A DNA stretch of 64,000 nucleotides from Pseudohongiellaceae bacterium (GTDB lineage Bacteria > Pseudomonadota > Gammaproteobacteria > Pseudomonadales > Pseudohongiellaceae), in the NCBI GenBank assembly GCA_049446715.1, contig JBMTQX010000009.1, forward strand, positions 3,886 to 67,885. Direction: 5' to 3'. Positions 18,362-27,224 of this stretch are shown piece after piece. The notes under the pieces were generated by a model. That model saw only the letters and a list, made by a program, of their open reading frames with translations, was not told the DNA's origin and did no database searches. Positions within the stretch are counted from its first letter, which is position 1; every line of letters begins with the position of its first letter. Made by a program: the position numbers and the translations under genes.

Positions 18362-18842
18362 CTACAAGCTCAGCTCGCTGAGGCCAGGATGGTCAGCCGG
18401 ACTCGGTCCGTCCGGCCAGTGAAACAGGCGCTCGTTTTCCTGGATCGGCAGATCATTGGTGGAGGCCCGGCGCACGGCCATGTCGCTGTGGGCATCGAAT
18501 TCCCAGTTTTCGTCACAGTAGGAACGCAACCCGTTAGCGTTGGCATCGCGCCATTCGAAGGCGAAGCGTACCGCGATACGGTTGTTGGTGAACGCCCACA
18601 GTTTCTTGATCAGGCGGTAGTCCAGTTCCGAGGCCCATTTGCGTTTGAGAAAGGCGCGGATGGCCTCGCGCCCATTGAAGAACTCAAGGCGGTTGCGCCA
18701 CTGACTGTCCGGCTTAGAGGCCAGCGAGGCCTTTTGCGGGTTACGGTTATTCCAGGCGTCTTCGGCGGCACGCACTTTTTGGGCTGCGGATTCAGCGTCA
18801 AAAAAAAAGGGGGGGGAGTAACGGGGGACGGGGTTCGGTCAT
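18362..18842 (-). pseudogene. DUF1348 (NTF2/SnoaL-like) gene interrupted by a frameshift in a C8T9 homopolymer (or a sequencing error)
   Basis: ATG 18842 gives [14 protein letters not shown] (stop 18798-18800); the next frame continues [24 protein letters not shown]...RWRN-like to 18362; removing 1 nt from the tract at 18800-18816 gives one 159-aa ORF. Confidence 0.7.
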
Positions 18843-18867
18843 GGCGGTTCCTGCTTTTTGTTCGTAT

Positions 18868-18995
18868 GCGGCTGAAGCCGCTTCTACGTTTTTCGGCTGG
18901 TATAGGCTGTTTTTTCCTGGTGCTCGAAGACTCAATTCGCGACTGAAGTCGCTCCTACAGAGTCTGAATCCAGGCTGTAGCCGCGTCTTCAGCCG
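18868..18995. repeat. REP family 2 cluster (three GTAG-headed short hairpins)
   Basis: Reverse complement of 18868-18887 is GTAGAAGCGGCTTCAGCCGC; of 18938-18958 is GTAGGAGCGACTTCAGTCGCG (compensated stem); 18977-18995 (+) is GTAGCCGCGTCTTCAGCCGCG. Confidence 0.65.
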
Positions 18996-19026
18996 CGCAC
19001 AATTAATACCAGATTGTATTCCATTG

Positions 19027-19081
19027 TAGTTCGGCATGACCCCCCAGGACATAAAAGGCCGCAGGCCGTTTGCCGACCTAC
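19027..19081. repeat. REP family 1 double-headed copy (GTAG...TGCCGACCTAC)
   Basis: GTAGTTCGGCA - 30-nt loop - GTTTGCCGACCTAC. Confidence 0.6.
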
Positions 19082-19324
19082 CAGCCTTTTTACTTCCGGG
19101 TCACTTCAAGCACGATAAAACGGTTAAAAAATTCCTGGTTGGGGTGGTTGTTGTCATTGCGTTCCGGGCTGCGTATGTAAAAATCGATTTGCAGCGTGGC
19201 CGGATTCACGGCTCCGGCCTCTCCGGTTTCAAAACAGAAAATAACGCATAGATCTCAAGCGCAATAGCCGCAATGAAAGCCATTACGGCCAGCACGATAG
19301 TTTAGGTATACTGCGGCGCTTCTT

Positions 19325-19957
19325 ATGAATATAAAAATCAACACAACCTTCCAAACAACGCTGGTCATGGTGCTGGCTTTTATCGCCGGCTTCATCATCA
19401 TGGCGATCGAGTTGCTGGGCGGCCGAATTCTGGCGCCCTACTTCGGCAGTTCCATCTATGTCTGGGGCAGCATCATCACCGTCTTCATGCTGTCGCTGTC
19501 CATCGGCTACCTGATGGGCGGCAAGTTGTCGCTCCTGAATCCCAACCTGAAAATCTATGGCGGCTTTTTCGCCGGTGCGGCCCTGCTGCTCCTGCCGCTG
19601 ATTCTCTGGAGCAATGAATTGATGGAATTCCTGTTCCTGCAGATCGAGGACCCGCGTTACGGCTCGCTGGTGGTGTCCATGATGCTGTTCTTCCTGCCCA
19701 CCGCGGTGATGGGCATGATTGCGCCCTATTCCGTGCGGCTGATGGTGCAGTCCACCCATGGCAGCGGGCATGTTGCCGGTAAACTCTATTTTGTGTCGAC
19801 ACTGGGCAGTGCCCTGGGCACGCTGGCGACCTCGTTTTACCTGGTGCTGTGGTTCACGGTGAACCAGATTCTTTTCACCATGGTCGCCACCCTGCTGTGC
19901 GCTGGCATAGCTGCTATCATGGCCGGCGTAAAATCCGCAGACGCAGACGCTTCATGA
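19325..19957 (+). CDS. Polytopic membrane protein resembling the membrane module of fused spermidine-synthase-like proteins
   Basis: 210 aa, ~6 hydrophobic segments; ATGA overlap with the downstream methyltransferase-fold gene. Confidence 0.6.
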   Translation: MNIKINTTFQTTLVMVLAFIAGFIIMAIELLGGRILAPYFGSSIYVWGSIITVFMLSLSIGYLMGGKLSLLNPNLKIYGGFFAGAALLLLPLILWSNELMEFLFLQIEDPRYGSLVVSMMLFFLPTAVMGMIAPYSVRLMVQSTHGSGHVAGKLYFVSTLGSALGTLATSFYLVLWFTVNQILFTMVATLLCAGIAAIMAGVKSADADAS

Positions 19958-20895
19958 TCATGCTCAAGCAAGCCCCCACTATCTGGCAGCAAATCAGGGT
20001 CCACCTGATCGTTGTCGTCGTCATCGCCCTGGTCATCCTGGCGTTCGATGCGGCCGCACAGGTCGGGGTGCGCTATATTCACCAGGAGCGTTCGCTCTAT
20101 CGCAATATCGTGGTCACCGAAGATTCCAGCCGCCGCTGCATGCGTTTCACCATCACCAGCCGCATCGGCCAGAACCAGAGCTGCCGCTATCTCGACCGGC
20201 CGGTGGAACTCGTGTTTCCCTATGCCAAGATGACGCTGTCGAGCCTGCTGGTGCAGGACAATCCCGAACGCATCCTGATTGTCGGCCTCGGCGGCGGCAC
20301 CCTGCCGGACACCTACAGCCGCCTGTTTCCCAATGCCGAGATCCTGATTTCCGAAATTGACGATGCCGTGTTCCGCGTGGCGCGCGACTATTTCGGCTTC
20401 GAGGAAACAGACAAGATCCGCGTCGATGTCGGTGATGCCCGTGTCTTCATAAAACGTGCAGGACTGCGCGGGGAACAATATGACCTTGTCATTCTTGATG
20501 CCTTCAACGGTGAGTACATTCCGGAACACCTGATGACAGTCGAGTTTCTGGAAGAAGTGAAAAAACTGCTGCCACCGGATGGCATGGTGGTGGCCAACAC
20601 CTTTTCCACCAGCCGACTGTTTGCCGCCGAGTCCAACACCTATTTTGAGGTGTTTGATGAAATTTACAGCATTCGCCTGCCCAACACCGGCAACCGGGTG
20701 GTCGTCGCTTCCATGCAGCCGCTCCCCGACCAGGACACCCTGGCCGACAGGGCGCCGGCATTCCAGGAGCGCCTGGCCCAGTTCGGCATGGACATCACCG
20801 AGTTCCCCCGCTACATGAGTACAGAGGTGACCTGGGATGCCGATGAACGCATTCTCACCGACCAGTATTCACCGGCGAATCTGCTGAATAATTGA
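19954..20895 (+). CDS. Spermidine/spermine synthase-like (class I SAM-MTase fold) protein with N-terminal TM segment
   Basis: ATG 19954 (MIMLKQAP...); ILIVGLGGGTLP...ISEIDDAV...VGDARVF...YDLVILDAF motifs typical of the SpeE-like fold. Confidence 0.7.
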   Translation: MIMLKQAPTIWQQIRVHLIVVVVIALVILAFDAAAQVGVRYIHQERSLYRNIVVTEDSSRRCMRFTITSRIGQNQSCRYLDRPVELVFPYAKMTLSSLLVQDNPERILIVGLGGGTLPDTYSRLFPNAEILISEIDDAVFRVARDYFGFEETDKIRVDVGDARVFIKRAGLRGEQYDLVILDAFNGEYIPEHLMTVEFLEEVKKLLPPDGMVVANTFSTSRLFAAESNTYFEVFDEIYSIRLPNTGNRVVVASMQPLPDQDTLADRAPAFQERLAQFGMDITEFPRYMSTEVTWDADERILTDQYSPANLLNN

Positions 20896-20921
20896 GGCGC
20901 TGGCTGACGGCAGTCAGGAAT

Positions 20922-20951
20922 GTCGGCAAACGCTACGCTATGCCGACCTAC
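20922..20951 (-). repeat. REP family 1 single copy
   Basis: GTCGGCAAACGCTACGCTATGCCGACCTAC; its reverse complement matches the 3482 copy at all but one stem base (TGCCGAC vs TGCCGGC). Confidence 0.8.
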
Positions 20952-21027
20952 AACACTTTCTATGTCGGCATGTTCTTAAGGTAACGTTTTATCCCCTTTT
21001 TAGCACTCACTGCCGAGACGGCGTGCC

Positions 21028-21959
21028 ATGAAACTGCCATTCGGCCCGACGCAGCTGAAGCTGGCCGTGGCCTTTTGTCTGATTTACTCCCTCTGGGGCT
21101 CGACCTACCTGGCGATCCACTACGCCATTGAAACGATTTCGCCCTTCATGATGGCCGGTGTGCGCTTCAGCACGGCGGGGATTCTGCTTTATAGCGTCAT
21201 GCGTTTTACCGGTGCGCCCAACCCTTCCCTGCGGCAATGGCTGAACCTGGCCGTGGTCGGCACCTTTCTCTTCCAGGGCGGCAATGGCCTGGTAGTGTGG
21301 GCAGAACAGTTCATCACCTCGGGCCTGACAGCCCTGCTGGTATTGTTGCTGCCCCTCTGGCTGATCATGCTGGACTGGCTGTGGGCCGGCGGGCCGCCGC
21401 CAACCTAGAAAGGCAGTATCGGGATTTTCCTAGGCTTCATCGGAGTGGTGGTACTGATTGATCCGGTGCAGATCGCGGCCACGGGCATCGACCTGACCGG
21501 GGCACTGGGGGTGATGTTTGCCTCGCTGTTATGGGCAACCGGCTCTATTTACTCGAAAAATTCACGCAACCAAAATCCATTTTCATGTCAGCTGCCTGCC
21601 AGATGTGTGGCGGCGGCATGGCCTTGCTGCTGACGGCTTTACTGACCGGAGCGTTCAACGACTTTGAACCGGTCGCCGTTTCGCTGGTGTCATTGTCAGC
21701 TTTCACCTACCTGGTAATTTTCGGCCCCATGGTCGCCATCTCGTCCTATGTCTGGCTGTTGCAGAATGCTTCTGCGGCCAGTGTCTCGACCTATGCCTTT
21801 GTGAATCCGGCCGTGGCGATCTTCCTGGGCTGCCTCATGCAGACTGAAAAGATCAATGCCCATATCATCCTGGGCGCCGCGATTACCCTGCCCGGTGTGG
21901 TGCTGGTGATCAGTGCGCAAAACAGGCGTCTGGCAAAAGACCAGGGCGAAACAGACTGA
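21028..21959 (+). pseudogene. EamA/DMT-family transporter with an in-frame TAG and a 1-nt frameshift
   Basis: The same frame continues through TAG 21406-21408 (..WAGGPPPT*KGSIGIFLGFIGVVVL..); frame change at the A5 run 21556-21560 (GSIYSK|KFTQPKSIFMSAACQMCGGG); the three pieces make up a ~310-aa EamA protein. Confidence 0.75.
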
Positions 21960-21961
21960 CC

Positions 21962-22195
21962 TCAGGAGGCCGCTTTGGCCTCGTCACCTGCCGGACCGTA
22001 GAAAAACACCCAGGTCGAAAAGTCGTCTGTGAAATCCTCGAAACGATGGTTTGCCCCGGCGGGCACGAAAATACAGGTGCCAGCACTGACGGTCTGACGC
22101 GTGCCGGCATCAACAAAATATCCCGAGCCTGTGACGATCACATAAATCTCGTCACGATTATGGGGGCTGTTGCCGGTCGCTGCCCTGCGGGGCAT
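21962..22195 (-). CDS. Short cupin-domain protein (possibly N-terminally truncated)
   Basis: 77 aa; cupin motifs SPHNRDEIYVIVTGSG and VPAGANHRF; the start lies only 12 nt after the upstream gene's stop, in the same frame. Confidence 0.5.
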   Translation of the reverse strand: MPRRAATGNSPHNRDEIYVIVTGSGYFVDAGTRQTVSAGTCIFVPAGANHRFEDFTDDFSTWVFFYGPAGDEAKAAS

Positions 22196-22207
22196 AACGT
22201 TCGATGA

Positions 22208-22507
22208 TTACTTCTTGCCGCCCGGGTTGGTGGCACTGCCCCACAGGGTGGCTACAGCGCGGTCGGTACCCAGCAGGCCGATAATGAGGCAAACAAAGCC
22301 CACACCAAAAAACACGATCACCGGCAGGACGCCGGCGAAGTCGCCTTTCTGCAAGGAAAAATACAGTGAGCCGAGGGACAGGCTGATAAACAGCATGCCG
22401 ACGATGAGCAGGATTTTTCGGCTCGAGGCCTTGTAGCTGTAAGGTCCCTCGCCCTTTTCAAAACGACCGAGAATGAACCAGAAGACCCGGGTAAAGAATG
22501 CTTTCAT
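22208..22507 (-). CDS. Small membrane protein, unknown function
   Basis: 99 aa with two clear hydrophobic helices (ILLIVGMLFISLSLGSLYF; VLPVIVFFGVGFVCLIIGLLG). Confidence 0.5.
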   Translation of the reverse strand: MKAFFTRVFWFILGRFEKGEGPYSYKASSRKILLIVGMLFISLSLGSLYFSLQKGDFAGVLPVIVFFGVGFVCLIIGLLGTDRAVATLWGSATNPGGKK

Positions 22508-22531
22508 GATCTCATGACTGTTGTTTTGTTG

Positions 22532-22969
22532 TTAGTGTTGTCCGGTGCCGGCAGACAGGTTCTCCACCTGCTGACGTTCAATGTCTGTTAATGCGCGATA
22601 ACCGCGTGGCCATGGCCAACCATAACCCCAGCGGAACCGGGTCGGCAAATACGGTGTGCCGCCTACCCGCACTCCCGCCAGCATGAGGACGGCAATTTCC
22701 GGTTCCCCGACAGCATCGACACAGTCGCGCAGGGCATTGTCAGCCGCCTCGCGCTCGGCATAGGTGGCGCCCTGCCAGTAGGCCCGATCATGTGCGGTAC
22801 AACATTGCAGCCACAAGGTGCGCTGCGACAGGGTACCGTCCGGAAAGGCACTGCAGCCGTCATTGGTGAACGGCTGCAATTCCGCGTTGGCCTGGCACGC
22901 CGACAGCGGCAGGGTGCAGGCTGCCACCCATGGCAGCAAGCCTGCATGGCGACGGGCGGGCTTTACCAA
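22532..22969 (-). CDS. Lipoprotein with phospholipase A2-like CCxxHD motif
   Basis: Lipobox LPLSAC; NDGCSAFPDG...LQCCTAHDRAYW...ADNALRDC resembles the PLA2 Ca-loop plus the catalytic CCxxHDxxY; TTG start overlaps the M13 peptidase stop by 7 nt. Confidence 0.5.
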   Translation of the reverse strand: MVKPARRHAGLLPWVAACTLPLSACQANAELQPFTNDGCSAFPDGTLSQRTLWLQCCTAHDRAYWQGATYAEREAADNALRDCVDAVGEPEIAVLMLAGVRVGGTPYLPTRFRWGYGWPWPRGYRALTDIERQQVENLSAGTGQH

Positions 22970-25053
22970 ATCTTGACCCGTTCTTCCGGCGGCAGGTACA
23001 GCGCATCGTTCGGCTGCACATCAAAGGCGTCATACCAGACATCGAAATTACGCACGATGCCGTTCACGCGTGCTTCGCTGTGGGAGTGCGGATCCGAGGT
23101 TATGCGCATCTCCAGGTTTTCGTCACGGTACAAACGACGCCAGACCTGGGCCCAGCCCATGAAGAAACGCTGATCACCGGTGAGACCGTCTATGACCGGT
23201 GCCTCTGCACCGTTGAGCGACATCTTGTAGGCTTTATAGGCTACGGCCAGGCCGGACAGGTCACCGATGTTTTCGCCGAGCGTGAATTCACCGTTGAGGA
23301 ACTTGCCCGGCAACACTTCAAACTGGTTGTACTGGGCGACCAGTGCCCCGGCACGTTCGGCGAAGGCCTCGGCATCCGCCTCGGTCCACCAGTCACGCAG
23401 ATTGCCATCGCCATCGGACTTGCGGCCCTGGTCATCAAAACCATGGCTGAATTCGTGGCCAATCACCGCACCAATACCACCGTAGTTGACGGCGTCTTCC
23501 GCCTCGACATTGAAAAACGGTGGCTGCAGGATGGCAGCCGGAAACACGATCTCGTTCATCGGCGGGTTGTAGTAGGCATTGACAGTATAGGGCGTCATGA
23601 ACCACTCGGTGCGATCTATCGGGCTGCCGAGCTTGGCCTGTTCGCGTTCATGCTCGACCCGGCGCGACCGCAGCACGTTGCCGACCAGGTCATCGGGGGC
23701 GACGGTTAATGGAGAATAATCCTTCCACTGGTCGGGATAACCTATCTTGGTGGTGAACTTGGCCAGCTTGCCCTGGGCCTCGGCCTTGGTGGCAGCGGTC
23801 ATCCACGGCAGCTCATCAATCCCGACACGGAAGGCCTCGCGCAGGTTTTCCACGAGTACGTCCATGCGGCGTTTGGCCTCGTCCTGGAAATGCTCCTCCA
23901 CGTACAGACGGCCGACCACTTCCCCGAGGGCGGCATCAACGGTGTCGACACCGCGTTTCCAGCGCGGGCGCATTTCTTCCAGTCCGCCCAGCGTCTGGCC
24001 CTCGAAGGCAAACTGGGCCTGCACGAAATCATCGCTCAAGTAACCGGCCAGGGAGTCGACCAGCTTGAAGCTCGTGTAGTCCTGCCACTGCTGCAGAGTG
24101 ATGTCGTTCCAGATCCCGTTCAGGCCTGCGATATAGCTGGGCTGGCGAATCACGTAGGTCGTTTCGGTGATGCCCAGGGCAGTCAGAAAGGCACTCCAAT
24201 CCATGTCCGGTGCCAGGCCGGCGAGTTCGTCCTGGCTCATCTTGTTGTAGGTCAGTTCGCGCTGCCGATTCTGCACACGATCCCAATGCTGACCGGCAAT
24301 CAGGAATTCAATGGCCAGTACGGAGAGGGCGGCTTCCGAGGCGCGGGGATAATCCGCCAGGGTCAGCACCTGTTCGATATAGGCGGCATAGGCATCGCGG
24401 GCTTCCTGGTGCGTAGCATCGTCTTCGGACAGGTACCAGTCACGATCCGGCAGACCCAGTCCCCACTGCGACAGGTAACTGATGTACTGGTCCGACTGCA
24501 TGGCATCGTTATCGACATAGACACCCACCGGCATCTGCACACTGATGTGGTTCAGCTCCGCCATCTTGATGAGCATGGCATCCTTGTCGGGGACAGCTGC
24601 GATCTCTGCCAGCAGTGGCTGCAGTGGCGCCGCGCCAAGGGTTTCGATAGCGGCCTCGTCCATGAAGCTAGTGTAGAAGTCACCCACCTTCTGGGTGTCG
24701 GTGCCGGGGGCGGCATCCTGGCCGGCGGCTGCTTCGATGATCTCGCGCAAGCTGGCTTCGGCTTCATCGGCCAGTATGGTGAAGGAGCCGTAGTTGGATT
24801 TATCTGAGGGTATGGGCGTGGCATTCAGCCAGACACCATTCACATAGGCGTAAAAATCATCGCCGGGAGCCAGATTGGTGTCGATGTACTGGATATCGAT
24901 GCCGGAACCCAGTGCTGGCTCGGCCGACATCACCGGAGCAGGTGCCGCGGCTTGCGGCGCGGACGTTTCCTCAGCAGAACAGCCGGCCAGCAAGGCCGCA
25001 AACAACAAGGCTGGTCCTGCCAAAGTCGCTCGGCAGTTGAAATCAATCGTCAT
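22963..25053 (-). CDS. M13-family zinc metallopeptidase (PepO/endothelin-converting-enzyme-like), lipoprotein
   Basis: 696 aa; lipobox LLAGCS; HEFSHGFDDQG (HExxH) and downstream GENIGDLSG (ExxxD). Confidence 0.9.
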   Translation of the reverse strand: MTIDFNCRATLAGPALLFAALLAGCSAEETSAPQAAAPAPVMSAEPALGSGIDIQYIDTNLAPGDDFYAYVNGVWLNATPIPSDKSNYGSFTILADEAEASLREIIEAAAGQDAAPGTDTQKVGDFYTSFMDEAAIETLGAAPLQPLLAEIAAVPDKDAMLIKMAELNHISVQMPVGVYVDNDAMQSDQYISYLSQWGLGLPDRDWYLSEDDATHQEARDAYAAYIEQVLTLADYPRASEAALSVLAIEFLIAGQHWDRVQNRQRELTYNKMSQDELAGLAPDMDWSAFLTALGITETTYVIRQPSYIAGLNGIWNDITLQQWQDYTSFKLVDSLAGYLSDDFVQAQFAFEGQTLGGLEEMRPRWKRGVDTVDAALGEVVGRLYVEEHFQDEAKRRMDVLVENLREAFRVGIDELPWMTAATKAEAQGKLAKFTTKIGYPDQWKDYSPLTVAPDDLVGNVLRSRRVEHEREQAKLGSPIDRTEWFMTPYTVNAYYNPPMNEIVFPAAILQPPFFNVEAEDAVNYGGIGAVIGHEFSHGFDDQGRKSDGDGNLRDWWTEADAEAFAERAGALVAQYNQFEVLPGKFLNGEFTLGENIGDLSGLAVAYKAYKMSLNGAEAPVIDGLTGDQRFFMGWAQVWRRLYRDENLEMRITSDPHSHSEARVNGIVRNFDVWYDAFDVQPNDALYLPPEERVKIW

Positions 25054-25397
25054 GGCACAGTCTCCTGGATCGATACATTCGGGTTAGCGGGTATTGCGGA
25101 AAACTCTTCGCCGCTCAGGCGTAAAAAAAGACAGGTCGACCAGTATATAGCGAGCACTTTGCCCACTTCAAACCGGGCAATCCCGGTCGCAAAAATAGCC
25201 ATATCTAAATGAATTTGCTCAATATTTTATGATTTAGAAAAATTTGGGAAAATCTCATTCCCACTGTGATCCGGGGCTGACGGGCACGCGTAAAAAGAGT
25301 TCCGGTGATTAGTAGGTCTCTAATCCGGTAGACAGCTTGATCCAGCCGGCTCTCTTCCCTCATGCCGATATCAAGCTCTCGTAAAACGTCCCCGCCT

Positions 25398-25430
25398 ATG
25401 CCCTGTCCTCCCCGGACAGGGCATTTTTTT
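25398..25430 (+). terminator. Canonical intrinsic terminator on the + strand with no annotated + strand gene upstream
   Basis: ATGCCCTGTCC-tcccc-GGACAGGGCAT followed by a T run (7 T counting the last stem base); on the - strand (downstream of orn) it lacks a U tail. Confidence 0.7.
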
Positions 25431-25449
25431 GGCCGGGTGTTTTTCCGGA

Positions 25450-26007
25450 TCAGCCGGGCGTGCGCTGTGTGTTGAAAAAATGCTCGCGGTAATGCCGCAG
25501 TTCGGCAATGGAGTCACGGATATCTTCCAGCGCCTGGTGGGAACTGGCCTTCTTGAAGCCGTCAGCTATATCCGGGCGCCAGCGCTTGGCGAGCTCCTTG
25601 ACCGAACTGACGTCAAGATTGCGGTAATGAAAGAAGGCTTCCAGCGACGGCATGTAGCGCGCCAGGAAACGCCGGTCCTGGCAGATGCTGTTGCCGCACA
25701 TGGGAGAAAAGCCGGGTTCGCAGTACTGGCTGAGAAATTTCAGCGTGGTCTGTTCGGCTTCACTTTCGTTGTAGGGGCTGTGCTTGACACGCTCGATGAG
25801 GCCGGAGGCGCCATGGTGACGCTGGTTCCAGTCATCCATGCCCGCCATGATCGTGACTGACTGGTGAATGGCATGCACCGGTCCTTCGGCCACAACCTGA
25901 AGGTCAGTGTTGGTGACAATGGTCGCAATCTCGATGATGCGATCGGTTTCAGGGCTCAGACCTGTCATCTCCAGGTCGATCCAGATCAGGTGCTGCCTTT
26001 TATCCAT
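25450..26007 (-). CDS. orn: Oligoribonuclease
   Basis: ATG 26007: [17 protein letters not shown] (DEDDh exo I), ...[11 protein letters not shown]..., ...HQALEDI; divergent from rsgA as in E. coli. Confidence 0.95.
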   Translation of the reverse strand: MDKRQHLIWIDLEMTGLSPETDRIIEIATIVTNTDLQVVAEGPVHAIHQSVTIMAGMDDWNQRHHGASGLIERVKHSPYNESEAEQTTLKFLSQYCEPGFSPMCGNSICQDRRFLARYMPSLEAFFHYRNLDVSSVKELAKRWRPDIADGFKKASSHQALEDIRDSIAELRHYREHFFNTQRTPG

Positions 26008-26136
26008 AGAATCCCAGCCTGTGCTTCTTATATACTGCCTGAATGCTGCTTGTATATTGCCAGTTAACCACGTTGATTGTAGCAAAGAAGCTCTTGAAGA
26101 TACCGCCCGCCTGCCAAAATCTGCTGACATCCCTGC

Positions 26137-27156
26137 ATGAAAAAAAAGCAGCTTAATCGCCGCCAGCTGTGGCGTATCCGCAAAATGCAAGAAGCTTATG
26201 CCGACCGGGCCGCGAAACAGGAAGCCCGTCTGCAAACCACACTCAGTGGTGCCGAACTCGGCAGTGAACAACAGGGCATCGTCATTTCCAATTTTGGCCA
26301 GCAGCTGGATATCGAAGCCCTAGAAGGCCCGCGCCAGGGCGACATCTTTCGCTGTTTCCAGCGCTCCAACCTCGAACAACTGGTGACCGGTGACTACGTG
26401 ATCTGGCAGGAAGGCGATCCTGTCGGTGTCGTCATTGCCGCCCTGCCGCGGCAGAACTTTCTCGAACGTCCGACCGGCATGGGGGAATTGCGACCGGTTG
26501 CGGCCAACATCGACCAGATCGTAATCGTCATTGCACCGTTGCCGGAACCCTTTGCCAACTTGGTGGATCGCTACCTGGTGGCCGCCGAACATTACGGGCT
26601 TGCCCCACTGCTGCTACTCAACAAATCCGATTTGATCAATGATGACAACCGGGCAGCCTTGTCAGCCCTGCTGTCGACCTATCGCGACATTGGTTACCCG
26701 GTGCTAGAGGTGTCCAGTCGTCACGGTGATGGCATGATGGCGCTGCGGGAGTTGCTGGATGACCGGACATCCGTCTTTGTTGGCCAGTCCGGAGTCGGCA
26801 AGTCGGCCCTGATCAATCACCTGCTGCCGGGCACCAACACCCTGGAAGGCGCCTTGTCCGAAGCCGGCGACAAGGGCCGGCATACCACTACGTCGGCACG
26901 GCTGTTTCATTTTCCCGATGGCGGCGATCTCATCGATTCTCCCGGCATCCGTGAATTTCACCTGGAGCACCTGGACGAGGAAACCCTGGAAAACGGCTTT
27001 ATCGAGTTCAGGCTCTTTCTCGGTCACTGCAAGTTTCGCGATTGCCGGCATGAACATGAGCCTGGCTGCCGCCTGAAACAGGCCGTTGAAAACGGCGAGA
27101 TCAGCGCGCACCGCATCGACAGTTTTCGGCTTATCCGCAACACCATCACCTCGTGA
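26137..27156 (+). CDS. rsgA: Ribosome small-subunit-dependent GTPase A
   Basis: Circularly permuted GTPase: LLLNKSDL ... [12 protein letters not shown]; Zn-finger [14 protein letters not shown]. Confidence 0.95.
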   Translation: MKKKQLNRRQLWRIRKMQEAYADRAAKQEARLQTTLSGAELGSEQQGIVISNFGQQLDIEALEGPRQGDIFRCFQRSNLEQLVTGDYVIWQEGDPVGVVIAALPRQNFLERPTGMGELRPVAANIDQIVIVIAPLPEPFANLVDRYLVAAEHYGLAPLLLLNKSDLINDDNRAALSALLSTYRDIGYPVLEVSSRHGDGMMALRELLDDRTSVFVGQSGVGKSALINHLLPGTNTLEGALSEAGDKGRHTTTSARLFHFPDGGDLIDSPGIREFHLEHLDEETLENGFIEFRLFLGHCKFRDCRHEHEPGCRLKQAVENGEISAHRIDSFRLIRNTITS

Positions 27157-27224
27157 ATAGCGCTGTGCTTTTCGCGAACGCGGCACGAATCGGTTAAAAT
27201 CTATTCTTTTCTTCGGACACTGTC

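Noticed and set aside
19085-19251. 71-aa plus-strand ORF 19036-19251 and a 41-aa GTG-initiated minus-strand ORF in the REP-rich spacer
   Set aside because: Neither has motifs or convincing translation signals. The region is dominated by repeat elements.
22641-22665. REP family 1 look-alike GTCGGCAAATACGGTGTGCCGCCTAC inside the PLA2-like CDS
   Set aside because: The stem is imperfect and it lies in frame within a coding region, so it is probably a chance resemblance. It is not counted as a REP copy.
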